Source: a virus
Taxonomy: Duplodnaviria; Caudoviricetes
Virus record (IMG/VR): IMGVR_UViG_3300033417_000005
Coordinates: 1 to 64,000 of that record
Length of the DNA stretch: 64,000 nucleotides
Direction: 5' to 3' (one strand)
The position numbers and the translations under genes are program-made. Positions 19,862-29,527 of the stretch are shown in pieces; position 1 is the stretch's first letter, and each line of letters starts with the position of its first letter. The notes beneath the pieces were generated by a model, which saw only the letters and a program-made list of their open reading frames with translations, made no database searches and was not told where the DNA came from.

Positions 19862-20441
19862 TAAACTGACGAATCGTGAGCAACTGCCTTGCCTGATAAA
19901 ACACAGGCTGGACAAGGGAGTTATTGTGGAGATCGGGACCCATCAAGGTCTCTACAGCCTGCAACTGCTCAAGCAGAGCAGGGGAACAGTGTGCTGTGTC
20001 GACCCCTGGGACAATACTTCAGAAGAGTACATTGAACAAGCACGGATGCTGCCTACTCCTTCTGTTGATCGAAGAGACGACCACAAGCTGACCGTAGAGA
20101 GACTACAGGTATTTGGCGGTCGTGCGCGCATTCTAAAAATGACTAGCTTGCAAGCCTTGGGCCACTTTAGGGACGAAAGCGTTGACCTCGTATATGTAGA
20201 CGGCGATCACAGTTACGAATCCGTGTTGTCTGACCTCACCCAATGGTGGCGGAAGATTCGGTCTGGTGGGTATCTGGCGGGACACGACATTGTTTGTCCC
20301 GGGGAACAGAAAGGCGGCTGGGGACAGACAATCCAGCCCGCCGTACGGCACTTTGTTACTGCGGCGCGGCCTCAAGAGCTTGACGTCTATCTTATCGTTG
20401 ATTGTAACTTTCCTTGGTCCTTCTACATTCAGAAGCCTTAA
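19845..20441 (+). CDS. Class I SAM methyltransferase (Methyltransf_24-like)
   Basis: VEIGTHQG; DLVYVDGDHSYE; GGYLAGHD. Confidence 0.85.
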   Translation: MTWIVSKLTNREQLPCLIKHRLDKGVIVEIGTHQGLYSLQLLKQSRGTVCCVDPWDNTSEEYIEQARMLPTPSVDRRDDHKLTVERLQVFGGRARILKMTSLQALGHFRDESVDLVYVDGDHSYESVLSDLTQWWRKIRSGGYLAGHDIVCPGEQKGGWGQTIQPAVRHFVTAARPQELDVYLIVDCNFPWSFYIQKP

Positions 20442-21398
20442 ATGAACGAAAACCAAGAACGCAAGGCAGCACTTGAAAGTATGAGATATCCTTCCACACG
20501 GCGTCCCGGAGTCTATAGCGGAGGAGTCTTGCAAATTTGGGTAACTCGCGCGTGCGACAAATCTTGCTACGGCTGCACTCAAGGGAGCAATTTACGAGGC
20601 AAGCCGGGAATGATTACCATCGAACAGTTTGAACAAGCCTGCATCAGCCTCATGGAGCCTGAGCCCTACTTCGGCACGATAGGAATGTTTGGGGGCAACC
20701 CCGCGGTTCATCCACAGTTCGAACTACTATGCGAAATCATGAGGGCTCACATTCCAAAGGAGAAATGCGGTTTGTGGTGCAACACCCTTATGGGCAAGGG
20801 AGCGGCGGCTCGTCGTACGTTTAGCCCCGCCCGCAGCAACCTCAACGTTCACTTGGACGAAGCGGCATATCTTGAGTTCAAACGTGACTGGCCGGAGAGT
20901 ATGCCCTTTGGTCTGAGTGACGACAGCCGACACAGCCCGCCCTACGTGGCCTTGAAAGACGTGGTCTACAACGAGGAAGAAAGGTGGAACCTGATCGCAA
21001 ATTGTGACGTCAACAAGTATTGGTCGGCCATGATCTGTGTATTCCGCGGTCAGCTCCGTGGATACTTTTGCGAGATCGCCGGCGCACAAGCCATGCTCCA
21101 TCAGGACGAACCGTTGTATCCAGACACTGGATTGGAGGTTACTCCGGGATGGTGGCAACGGCCGAACGTAGACTTCTACGAACAAGTATCTCACCATTGT
21201 CATAGCTGTGGAGTTCCTCTGCGCGGCTATGGTGAGTTGGCACAAGCGATTGACGGCCGCGAACAAGTAAGCATTACCCATAGCGACGTGTACCGGCCTA
21301 AAATAAAGGGCAGGCGGGTGGACCTGGTTACAAGTCGCAAGCAGCTAGGCGAGCCTTTACAGAATATGGTGGACTATCTGAGGAATGCAAAGAAATGA
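20442..21398 (+). CDS. Radical SAM protein
   Basis: CDKSCYGC (CxxxCxxC); MFGGNP. Confidence 0.8.
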   Translation: MNENQERKAALESMRYPSTRRPGVYSGGVLQIWVTRACDKSCYGCTQGSNLRGKPGMITIEQFEQACISLMEPEPYFGTIGMFGGNPAVHPQFELLCEIMRAHIPKEKCGLWCNTLMGKGAAARRTFSPARSNLNVHLDEAAYLEFKRDWPESMPFGLSDDSRHSPPYVALKDVVYNEEERWNLIANCDVNKYWSAMICVFRGQLRGYFCEIAGAQAMLHQDEPLYPDTGLEVTPGWWQRPNVDFYEQVSHHCHSCGVPLRGYGELAQAIDGREQVSITHSDVYRPKIKGRRVDLVTSRKQLGEPLQNMVDYLRNAKK

Positions 21399-22480
21399 GA
21401 CTGCTAGAAGTGGCTGTGGGAGACCTATGGCCGGGAAGCTACGACATAGACAATCAGCCTCTCTATTGGCCTGAACTGAGCCGGGAGGCGTACGACCGTG
21501 CATTCGAGCAACTAGAACAGAATCCGAATATTGAAGACACACATTTGGAACTGTACCCTATTTGGCACGACTACCTGAGAGGCGTCTACGGAAGAGTTCC
21601 TACGAAACTAGACACCCCTATCCAGGGAAGACTTCAACGGTGGGAGTTCGCCGTTCAGAGATTTCGGGCGATGCAGCAGAGTTTTGCCGCTTACGGCTAT
21701 CAGCCTGAGAGGATTGGCCGGGGAGAACAGTACCTCGCGAGAATTAGCAGTGAAGGACGAGTCTGTATTTATCAAGGCAACAAGCGCGTAGCCTTGTTAC
21801 GAAGGATGAACAAAAACTTCAAGATTCTTATGCAAGTGCTGCCGAGTCTTGGTAACTGGGAGTCTTTCAAACTGGATAAGCTGTACCCTCCGGGAAAGGA
21901 CGAGATTTATCAGCCGCTTGAGCATCCAGACTTTCAGCACTACAAGCCGGCGCAGCCTTGCACGGAACGATGGAAAATGATGGCCCCTTATGTGGAAAAG
22001 AAATCTCCGGGTACTCTTTTGGACCTTGGATGTCATACGGGATGGTTTTGTAGAAGGTTCCAAGAGCTTGGATGGACTACTCTAGGTATTGATTCTTCCA
22101 AACATGAGATACGAATGGCGAATATTATGCAGTCTTGGAGTCCTAGATGTCCCAGCGCCCGCTCTCAGTTTCTAGCGCAATCAGTACAGAACACCTTGGA
22201 TTTCAAGAGAAGTGAGAAATTCGACGCGGTGTTGTGTCTTAGTCTAGTCATGCACTTATTTCCGGAAGAACCCAAGCTGCTCTACTCTTTCCTAGATACA
22301 ATCAGTAAGAACAGTTCCTTGCTGTTCATGGATTGTGGGTGGGGAACGTATGCTAAGAACCTGCCTTTCACGGAAGAGGAGATGGGAGAGGCGATTGCTC
22401 GAAATACCCGATACGAGACGTTCAAGATCTTGGGGCAGTCACAACGCGAGAACCGTCCTTTGTATCTTTTCGAGAGATAA
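21395..22480 (+). CDS. ParB-like N-domain fused to class I SAM methyltransferase
   Basis: IYQGNKRVALL (ParB-like); LLDLGCHTGWF; FDAVLCLSLVMHL. Confidence 0.7.
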   Translation: MRLLEVAVGDLWPGSYDIDNQPLYWPELSREAYDRAFEQLEQNPNIEDTHLELYPIWHDYLRGVYGRVPTKLDTPIQGRLQRWEFAVQRFRAMQQSFAAYGYQPERIGRGEQYLARISSEGRVCIYQGNKRVALLRRMNKNFKILMQVLPSLGNWESFKLDKLYPPGKDEIYQPLEHPDFQHYKPAQPCTERWKMMAPYVEKKSPGTLLDLGCHTGWFCRRFQELGWTTLGIDSSKHEIRMANIMQSWSPRCPSARSQFLAQSVQNTLDFKRSEKFDAVLCLSLVMHLFPEEPKLLYSFLDTISKNSSLLFMDCGWGTYAKNLPFTEEEMGEAIARNTRYETFKILGQSQRENRPLYLFER

Positions 22481-22523
22481 ACAAACATCTAGGACGCCAC
22501 ATAACTTCGTTAGGAGACCTGTG

Positions 22524-23087
22524 ATGAGAGTGTTCGTTGTTGGTACGGGCCGTTGCGGCACTTGCACGTTCTTTCAGGCTTGCAAGCATATCAGCAACTT
22601 TACCACGGATCATGAGGGGAAAAGTGGTCAGCGGGACATTGGAGAGTGGGAATACCCAGACAATCATATTGAAGTCGCCGCGCATCTAGCGATTGCCATG
22701 GGTCACTTGCGGCTCAAGTACCCAGAAGCTCGATGGGTGCATTTGATACGGAACGAGGAGAACTGTGTAAGATCGCTAGTAACCAATTCTCAGGCTCCGT
22801 TAGACTACTTCGCATTGCACTGGCTGCAAGCTTTTCAGTTTAATCCTGTCCGCTGCGCTAGAGTCTTTTACCATTTGGTCAACGACAACATCCGCGCCAT
22901 GCTGCCCCGTGGAAATTATTCCATGACCATCCAGCTTGAAAACATACAGAATGCTTGGCCCGAGTTCTGGTCCTGGATAGAGGCCTCCGGAACGTACTCC
23001 AGCAGCTTGGATACATGGACTCGTAAATACAACAGCACGTATCAAAGGGGCAGGGACGAATGGATACCACAAGGATTCCAGTTATAA
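22524..23087 (+). CDS. Sulfotransferase-like P-loop protein
   Basis: VFVVGTGRCGT and WVHLIRN motifs; AGGAG RBS before ATG at 22524. Confidence 0.65.
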   Translation: MRVFVVGTGRCGTCTFFQACKHISNFTTDHEGKSGQRDIGEWEYPDNHIEVAAHLAIAMGHLRLKYPEARWVHLIRNEENCVRSLVTNSQAPLDYFALHWLQAFQFNPVRCARVFYHLVNDNIRAMLPRGNYSMTIQLENIQNAWPEFWSWIEASGTYSSSLDTWTRKYNSTYQRGRDEWIPQGFQL

Positions 23088-23132
23088 GCCCTGAACACGA
23101 GTCTATCACCAAGTTAAAGAAAGAACTGTCCT

Positions 23133-23906
23133 ATGTATCCCCCTGACCTTGATTTACGAGCGATTCTTGTTTGTGTCGACTACTCGGACATCCTTGCCTT
23201 CACCCTGCCCTACAACCGTCATCATTTTAGCGAAGTGCTGGTGGTTACAACTCCTTGGGATTACGAGTCACAGGTCTATGCTCAGTTAAACAACTGTAGT
23301 TGGTACGCAACGGAATCTTTCTACGACGATGGGGCATCCTTCAACAAATGGAAGGCGTTGGAAGAAGGACTGGACCATATATGCCGACACGGGTGGATTG
23401 TTATCATGGACGCCGACATTCTATGGCCGAAGAAGATACTATGGCAAGACTTTGAATTGGAACAGGGATGTATCTACACCCCGATGCGCAGGGAAAGATG
23501 GCAGCTTAGTTTACCCGTTCCCCTGCAAGAAGACGAGTGGCATCGGTATCCACTGCATGGAAATACCACTGAATGGGCTGGCTGGACACAGATATTTCAC
23601 GCGGAGGATCCCGTACTGGGCAATCCCCCTTGGCACGAAGTGAACTGGAAGCACGCTGGAGGGGCCGACAGCTTCTTCCAGCGCAAGTGGTCCAAGGAAA
23701 ATAAGAAACGTCCCCCGTTTGAAGTCCTCCACTTGGGCGAATGCGGGCGCAACTGGTACGGCCGCACTACCAACTACCTAGACGGCACAACGCCGATAGA
23801 AAAGGATCACAGACTGGCGCAGCTAGCCGCAATGCGCGTGGCGCGTAAAGCCAATCGTTACCACGACGACCCATTCAAGGATGAAAGGATCGGCAACGGT
23901 GACTAA
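23133..23906 (+). CDS. GT-A fold glycosyltransferase
   Basis: WIVIMDADIL (DxD); FNKWKALEEGL. Confidence 0.75.
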   Translation: MYPPDLDLRAILVCVDYSDILAFTLPYNRHHFSEVLVVTTPWDYESQVYAQLNNCSWYATESFYDDGASFNKWKALEEGLDHICRHGWIVIMDADILWPKKILWQDFELEQGCIYTPMRRERWQLSLPVPLQEDEWHRYPLHGNTTEWAGWTQIFHAEDPVLGNPPWHEVNWKHAGGADSFFQRKWSKENKKRPPFEVLHLGECGRNWYGRTTNYLDGTTPIEKDHRLAQLAAMRVARKANRYHDDPFKDERIGNGD

Positions 23907-24002
23907 TTCAATTGCCGCCTCGCCTCAACCTGAGTTAGGGCGTTGTAAGGTGAGGGTGTCTGGTGGCTCCTACCCCTCACGAGGCGGGGCGGTTTGTTGC
24001 CG

Positions 24003-24407
24003 TCAAAAAGGCAGCCGATGCTTTTCAATGCGGTCTTTCCAATGGGCGAGTTCTTGCTTGGTCCACGTTCTAGCCGCTGGATGCTTCATGCGCAGTACGG
24101 CGCAGTCGGGCTTGTAGCCACAATTCTTGTAGGTATCCCACGCCACGTTGCCACACACAAGCAATAGGTGATAGCTAATCCGCTGCAAAGTACGAGCCAG
24201 CCGTTGAGGGTCGGGGGTGCCTTTTTGCTGCGCATTGGCCACTTGTTCCACGCACGCATTGGTGACTAAGAAGTTTGAGTGGCCAATGAGATAGTACAGC
24301 CGGCGACCGCTAAAGTTATTGCGGTTGATTTGAAACAGCGAGGGAGCAATAGGCTGCTTGACGCCCCACATCACTTCCAGCACCACGAGACATTGAATGT
24401 GCATCAT
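24003..24407 (-). CDS. Uracil-DNA glycosylase-like fold protein
   Basis: VTNAC, LLLVCGNVA and KHPAAR motifs. Confidence 0.5.
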   Translation of the reverse strand: MMHIQCLVVLEVMWGVKQPIAPSLFQINRNNFSGRRLYYLIGHSNFLVTNACVEQVANAQQKGTPDPQRLARTLQRISYHLLLVCGNVAWDTYKNCGYKPDCAVLRMKHPAARTWTKQELAHWKDRIEKHRLPF

Positions 24408-25780
24408 TGGACAATCTCCTCATAGAGCTTCGTTACGAGAGGGGTAATTGTGTAGCGCAGTCTGCCTCGCATGGGTCTCCCTCCAAAGTCCGCGCCTGTG
24501 TGGGTCTGTACAACTTTCACCTTGACCAAGAACCGCAGCAGCTTGACCAATTCTCCTTCGCTCTGGTTTAGCCGTACTGCCAGCGCCCCCAGCTCACACC
24601 CTTCCGGATGTTCTCGAAGCAGCTGCACAATCTGTAGCGTAGCCCCACGGCTCGTATCCAAGCACACCTTGCGTATTCGTTGCATTACCTCCTCATCTAC
24701 TTCTTCACGATTCAATACCACGGCCAAACACAGCGACATGCGTATATGCTGGCTTACCAGCCGACTAGCGCATTCACGGGTGGCAGCTTCGGTGACGTTT
24801 GCATTGGGACGCGCTCGCATGTACGCGGTAAACTTGCCGAGCCGTATACAGTAGTCCCTCGCCTTGTTGCTCATCTTTGTGCTTGCCAGCAGCTCTTCCG
24901 CATTTTCGCGCAAATAGTCCACATATCCGCCGGTAAGCCGCATGGCGTTGGCAGTGGCGGCGTCGTATACGCCGTAAGCATTAGCCTCTTCTTCTCCCCT
25001 GCTCATACTTCCCCTTGCTCGGTTGCCGACGTGCAATAGAATTTTGTCTTCTAGCACGTCGCTAATTTGGTCCATAATTACACAGTCCAAGAATCTTTCC
25101 CCCAACTCGCTCGTGTCAATGGCTCGCAGGCTGCTTGTACCGCATAGAATCCAGGTAAGGTTGATCCCCTCGTAGGTCCTACTCATCTTGTTACGATAGT
25201 GAGTACGGCTCACCCGATCATAGATGTCACGGGCCTCGCTAAGAATCTGGCCACGGTTGGGAGCTTGCAGCAGCGTGTCACCATCCTTGACGATCAGGGT
25301 CTTGTTATGGAGTTGTACGAGCAGGCTATTGTCTTCATCTTTCTCCGAACCAAATCCACTATGAAACCCCCGAATGGTGCTCTTGGCCATCACGTACTGA
25401 CCGCTTACGCTCAGGGCTTCGGCCAGTGTGGACTTTCCACAGCTAGGAGGCCCGATAATTTTCACCCAAAGCTGATCCCCCACGGTGCGGGTGCTGGTTA
25501 CGCTCGCCAGCATCACGCTTAAGGCGCAGTCGAGTCCCCGGGTCCAGTACATGGCCTTGCGCCACGCCCCGATCAGCTCGATATAACTAGTGCAAGGGGC
25601 GGGTTGTAAGTTACCTAGTTTACCACCGTTTTTGAGGGCCTCAGGACCGCCGCCAAGCCATTTTGACGGTAACGGGTACAGGTTGCCAAGCAACCACGCC
25701 AAACGCTGCTGAGGCGTCCCTGAGGGGCTTGTTTTTGGGGCTGTATTTTGCTGGGGGGTGCCTTGGCGCACTAAGGGCAT
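24404..25780 (-). CDS. AAA+/MCM-like replicative helicase
   Basis: Walker A GPPSCGKST; LIVKD; ERFL arginine-finger-like motif; winged-helix C-terminus. Confidence 0.7.
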   Translation of the reverse strand: MPLVRQGTPQQNTAPKTSPSGTPQQRLAWLLGNLYPLPSKWLGGGPEALKNGGKLGNLQPAPCTSYIELIGAWRKAMYWTRGLDCALSVMLASVTSTRTVGDQLWVKIIGPPSCGKSTLAEALSVSGQYVMAKSTIRGFHSGFGSEKDEDNSLLVQLHNKTLIVKDGDTLLQAPNRGQILSEARDIYDRVSRTHYRNKMSRTYEGINLTWILCGTSSLRAIDTSELGERFLDCVIMDQISDVLEDKILLHVGNRARGSMSRGEEEANAYGVYDAATANAMRLTGGYVDYLRENAEELLASTKMSNKARDYCIRLGKFTAYMRARPNANVTEAATRECASRLVSQHIRMSLCLAVVLNREEVDEEVMQRIRKVCLDTSRGATLQIVQLLREHPEGCELGALAVRLNQSEGELVKLLRFLVKVKVVQTHTGADFGGRPMRGRLRYTITPLVTKLYEEIVQ

Positions 25781-25810
25781 CTATTTGGTCCTTTAGGTTA
25801 GCTGGGTAAT

Positions 25811-26791
25811 TTAGTTAAGAGGGGCTAGTAGATCGCTGAGGTCGTACCCGTCCTTCAATTCGGGGCTGTAGTTGCAGTCGAGCGTATTACCGTTCCAGCT
25901 CAAATACTGAATCTTCTTAGGTGGGTCGGGGCTGTTCTTAAGCAAGGCGGCAACACGCTTGAGACCTTCCCAAGCAGCGGGTGGAGATTTGTCCTTTGGT
26001 AGATCGTTGTCGTAGAGCAGGTTCACGGTTCCACGGGCAAACAACGCGCACCATTCACGACGAAACACGCTGCAACTCGGCACGGCGTACACGTTGCTCG
26101 TGCTAAACAATTTCTTTCGGTGCTTCTTCATTAGCTCCCAAAATCTCAGCCCGTCCCACAATCCTTCGCATACATAGTGGGCAGTCGCCGCAGGTTTGTA
26201 AAGCGGTCCAAGACCAAACAGTCCGTGGCGCAGGCCGCTCATAGGCAGCAAGAGGGTACGCTTGCGATTTTGAACGTAGCGATACAACTGTTGCAGCTTC
26301 CACTCTAGGGTATAAGCAGGGACCAGCCACTCCCCGGTGAGTACGCTTTTGCAAAGACCCCACTGTTCTAGAGTTTCAGGATTTTCGATACTACGGTGGT
26401 TACACAACGGCAAGTAATCTTTCATGCCGGTGGCCAAACAGCTCGCATCCCACAGCCACCGAATAAAGTCGATTGGATTGCGCAGGTCGCACCCGTGCTT
26501 GCAATTGCACAGTCCGTTTTCGACGTGGATGTAGAATTTCTCACGCTGGCATACGGGACATTCAGCGCGCATCTCATCACCTGTTTGATTGATAAACTGC
26601 ACCCCGTAAGCGGAGTATACGGCGAGCCCTGGCGGCGCAGCGGTCTTGTCGCGGCGCTCCTTCACCCTTTTTCTCATCTTCGTATTTTTCCCAAAATTTT
26701 GAACTCGGCCCGCTAAAACCAGATTACTACGGGTGCTGCAATTGTAAGTGTTTGACGTTAACTTCGTACCTATTAGGATTTCCGGATCCAA
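25811..26791 (-). CDS. DNA primase (zinc finger + TOPRIM); real start possibly 26677
   Basis: CPVC...CNC; VCEGLWDG; LLYDND. Confidence 0.8.
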   Translation of the reverse strand: MDPEILIGTKLTSNTYNCSTRSNLVLAGRVQNFGKNTKMRKRVKERRDKTAAPPGLAVYSAYGVQFINQTGDEMRAECPVCQREKFYIHVENGLCNCKHGCDLRNPIDFIRWLWDASCLATGMKDYLPLCNHRSIENPETLEQWGLCKSVLTGEWLVPAYTLEWKLQQLYRYVQNRKRTLLLPMSGLRHGLFGLGPLYKPAATAHYVCEGLWDGLRFWELMKKHRKKLFSTSNVYAVPSCSVFRREWCALFARGTVNLLYDNDLPKDKSPPAAWEGLKRVAALLKNSPDPPKKIQYLSWNGNTLDCNYSPELKDGYDLSDLLAPLN

Positions 26792-28175
26792 GTTCCAGGA
26801 CGTCTACCCACGTGGTATCATATTCATCCTCAAACGGTTCGCTGACAAGCTGTGCTAAGTAGTGATCGTCTCCATCGTCGTCGCGTACCCACGCTCTATC
26901 ACCCAAGCTCCATCGGTTTTCGTGGTGCTTACGCGCCTTGAACACTCTCTTCGCCTTTTTTGCCTGCGCAGCGGTGTGGCGTCCTTTAACGGCTGCTTGC
27001 GGCGCAGTCTCATTCTCATTAGCCACGAGCTCATCTTCCACCATGTCGACGCCCCCTAAGGTGGGAAGTTCATCAAGGATGCGTGCTCCCTCGTCGCTTG
27101 TGGTATAGTGAATTTCCACGTTTTGAAGGGTGCATTTGCCGGATTCAATCCAGGCGTTCCAGCCATTGCACACGACGGCCATCCTCAGAGAAGCCGGAAC
27201 TACTCCTCCTTCATCGATTAGTTCCGCGATTTTGGTTCTCACGGCGCGAACGACCCCAGCGTTCTGCGCCAAGGCTGTCACGAACTTTTTCGCCTGCTCG
27301 TATTGTTCCAAATTCAGGTTCTCTTCACGCCGGTCAAAACGGTACTTGGCGTAGTCGCTTTTGCTTGCCGCCATCAGGTACATCAGTCCCGCGGTATAGC
27401 CGCAGCTCAGCAGCTTGGCAATCGCATTGGTCTTGCCGTTTTCCACGTATACGTGACGTACACAGTCAACAAGAGTGGGGTGATTGTTCAAGAATTCCTG
27501 GCTGTCGCTATGGGTACGAACGGGAGTCTCGTGGACTGCCTGCGCCCCACTGCGGTGCCACAAGATCTGCACGGCGAATTGCCCCAGCTTCGCCACGCGC
27601 TTACGATGGCCCTTATTCAGGTCGGCAAAGTGTGAGGTACGAAACAGGGCGTCGGCGAAGGTGCTTTCACGAGCGGTGTCGATCGTGTTTTTGATGGCGT
27701 CCGTCTCTTCAATGCCTTTCACGATCAAGGTTTCAATCGTAGGCGGTTTGGTCAAGTGGGCGTACTTCTCCCTCTCAAGCCTCCATGTTTGCTCGGCGAG
27801 AACCAGGGCGGGCAATACGTGCTGTCCACTAAGAATTACTCCGTTCTTGCCGATGATGCGAGTATGGCCGTTAAACTGCCAAGCACCGCGGAGTATGTCG
27901 TGCATGTAGGTAAGAGTACGAGTGTGACTATAAGGACGGTTCGCGGTATTATAGGTACAGCGCACCTTATGCCCTTCCCGGTCCTTAAGCAAAAAGTCCT
28001 CACCAAAGGGTTGATCACCTTCAATCTCCCACCCCAACAGCCGCTTGGCATCCTCGGCGGTAAGACTGTCCCGGCCTGTGCAAGCAACGACTTGCAGCTT
28101 GGGATAGACCGCCTTTCGCCCCGTGGACTTGCCAACGCTTCGCGAGGACTTTTTTCGGTCATTAACGATCGGCAT
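26727..28175 (-). CDS. ParB-like (degenerate DGQHR) protein with C-terminal SH3/Tudor-like domain
   Basis: NRPY...MHDILRGAWQFNG...ILSGQHVL. Confidence 0.55.
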   Translation of the reverse strand: MPIVNDRKKSSRSVGKSTGRKAVYPKLQVVACTGRDSLTAEDAKRLLGWEIEGDQPFGEDFLLKDREGHKVRCTYNTANRPYSHTRTLTYMHDILRGAWQFNGHTRIIGKNGVILSGQHVLPALVLAEQTWRLEREKYAHLTKPPTIETLIVKGIEETDAIKNTIDTARESTFADALFRTSHFADLNKGHRKRVAKLGQFAVQILWHRSGAQAVHETPVRTHSDSQEFLNNHPTLVDCVRHVYVENGKTNAIAKLLSCGYTAGLMYLMAASKSDYAKYRFDRREENLNLEQYEQAKKFVTALAQNAGVVRAVRTKIAELIDEGGVVPASLRMAVVCNGWNAWIESGKCTLQNVEIHYTTSDEGARILDELPTLGGVDMVEDELVANENETAPQAAVKGRHTAAQAKKAKRVFKARKHHENRWSLGDRAWVRDDDGDDHYLAQLVSEPFEDEYDTTWVDVLELGSGNPNRYEVNVKHLQLQHP

Positions 28176-28371
28176 GAGGTTTCCTCCTGTTCTTGGCGAG
28201 GTCTAGCATCACACCGCATACGACGGCTTTTACTGCCTTCGCGGGTTTGGAAGCAGTGGCCTCTAGCAGCAGGGGTTCATAGACTGCTTCGTCTTCGCTG
28301 TAGACAATCCCGTCGGCAAGCTCCGAGTTAGGAATTCCACAGTCCAACGGCAGGCGCAATACTTTCACCAT
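28162..28371 (-). CDS. Hypothetical protein
   Basis: AAGGAG RBS; first gene of the leftward replication arm. Confidence 0.55.
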   Translation of the reverse strand: MVKVLRLPLDCGIPNSELADGIVYSEDEAVYEPLLLEATASKPAKAVKAVVCGVMLDLAKNRRKPHADR

Positions 28372-28560
28372 CTTGGGCTCCTTTCATGGGGTGATTATGG
28401 CGAAGCACCGAAAGCGTTTCACGGCAGTAAGTTACCGCACGGGCATTTTACCAAAAGAGCCTTTCAAACCCTATACCCCACTTTTAGGCCAAAATAAAAA
28501 GTAACTTATGGGGTGTTTACAGACGGCTTCAAAAATGTTATCCTGAAGGGGTTCCTGTCC

Positions 28561-28830
28561 GAAAAAATAATCATATCAATCTTATATATTAACTACTACT
28601 AACCGTATAGAGTCCCGATGAGGGACCCTACTCTCTTCGGTCAGTCTCTCTACTCATCGGTACTCCGAACGGTCACTACTCTACTCTCCTCGGTCCCTCT
28701 ACTCATCTACTCTACTCTTCGTAGTATGGGTACTATGAGCCGATTTTTATCGGCCCTAAGAGGTATATACTACTCTCTATACGGTACGAGTACTCAGGTA
28801 CTCTACTCTAAGGTACTTACTAGGCGCGCG
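28561..28830. repeat. AT-rich tract plus 12 direct TACTC copies (candidate replication origin)
   Basis: TACTC at 28629, 28651, 28661, 28677, 28682, 28700, 28708, 28713, 28771, 28791, 28799 and 28804, all on one strand, in a divergent intergenic gap. Confidence 0.55.
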
Positions 28831-28874
28831 TGCGCGAAGAGGTAATCACTCATACACTCCATACGAGTCACTCT

Positions 28875-29336
28875 ATGCCCATCATTCACTCAAAGAGATC
28901 TGTATACGCAGGGATAGACCCCGGTATGAGCGGTGGGCTCGTCTGTATCGGCCCTCAACTAATCGTTACCCCCATGCCTCCTACCGAAAGAGATATCTGG
29001 GATTGGTTCGAGGCTCTTCCGCCCGTACGTCTGGCCGTGATAGAAAAGGTGCATTCCATGCCCCGACAAGGAGTGGCGAGTACCTTCAAGTTCGGTTGCA
29101 GCTACGGAGGACTGCGCATGGCTCTGATTGCTTCTAAGATCCCATTTCAAGAAGTAACGCCCCAAACTTGGATCAAGGGACTCGGGATTCCCGGTAAGAA
29201 GAAAACTGAATCTGGGACTCAGTGGAAAAATCGTCTCAAGGGCAAAGCGCAGCAATTCTTTCCGCAAGTAGGTGTGACGCTAAAAACGGCGGATGCACTT
29301 TTAATCGCCCGGTACTGCCAAAAAATCGGCAAGTAG
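28875..29336 (+). CDS. ruvC: RuvC-like Holliday junction resolvase
   Basis: GIDPGMSGG, VIEKV, ADALLIA. Confidence 0.85.
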   Translation: MPIIHSKRSVYAGIDPGMSGGLVCIGPQLIVTPMPPTERDIWDWFEALPPVRLAVIEKVHSMPRQGVASTFKFGCSYGGLRMALIASKIPFQEVTPQTWIKGLGIPGKKKTESGTQWKNRLKGKAQQFFPQVGVTLKTADALLIARYCQKIGK

Positions 29337-29355
29337 CGCGGTAAAATGCGTTTAT

Positions 29356-29429
29356 GTTTTCCGCTTACGAAAAGGTGAGCGGCGGATTGAAACACGCTTA
29401 TTTGCGGAAAGAATTGCTGCGCTTTGACC
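29356..29429 (+). CRISPR. Solitary CRISPR repeat (29356-29393) plus 36-nt spacer (29394-29429)
   Basis: GTTTTCCGCTTACGAAAAGGTGAGCGGCGGATTGAAAC; spacer is 32/36 identical to the reverse complement of 29240-29275, with 5' GTC PAM. Confidence 0.85.
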
Positions 29430-29527
29430 ACACGGGGTCAATGGTTTGGATCGTGCGCCCTCTGCTTTGCCGTGCGATCTGATTTTGCGGCCCCGTGTGG
29501 TTCTTACTAATCACCAGGAAAGTCGCG

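Noticed and set aside
20442-21398. QueE and a 7-deazaguanine pathway to explain GA avoidance
   Set aside because: No dpdA, folE, queC or queD recognised in the window; cannot be excluded for the unseen part of the genome.
23903-23995. GC-rich inverted repeats resembling the CRISPR stem
   Set aside because: Lack the ATTGAAAC end; they lie between convergent genes and are better explained as terminator structure.
27729-27760. GTTTCAATC (ATTGAAAC on the minus strand) as a third CRISPR repeat
   Set aside because: In-frame coding (PTIETL); no hairpin or GTTT start; no spacer match noticed.
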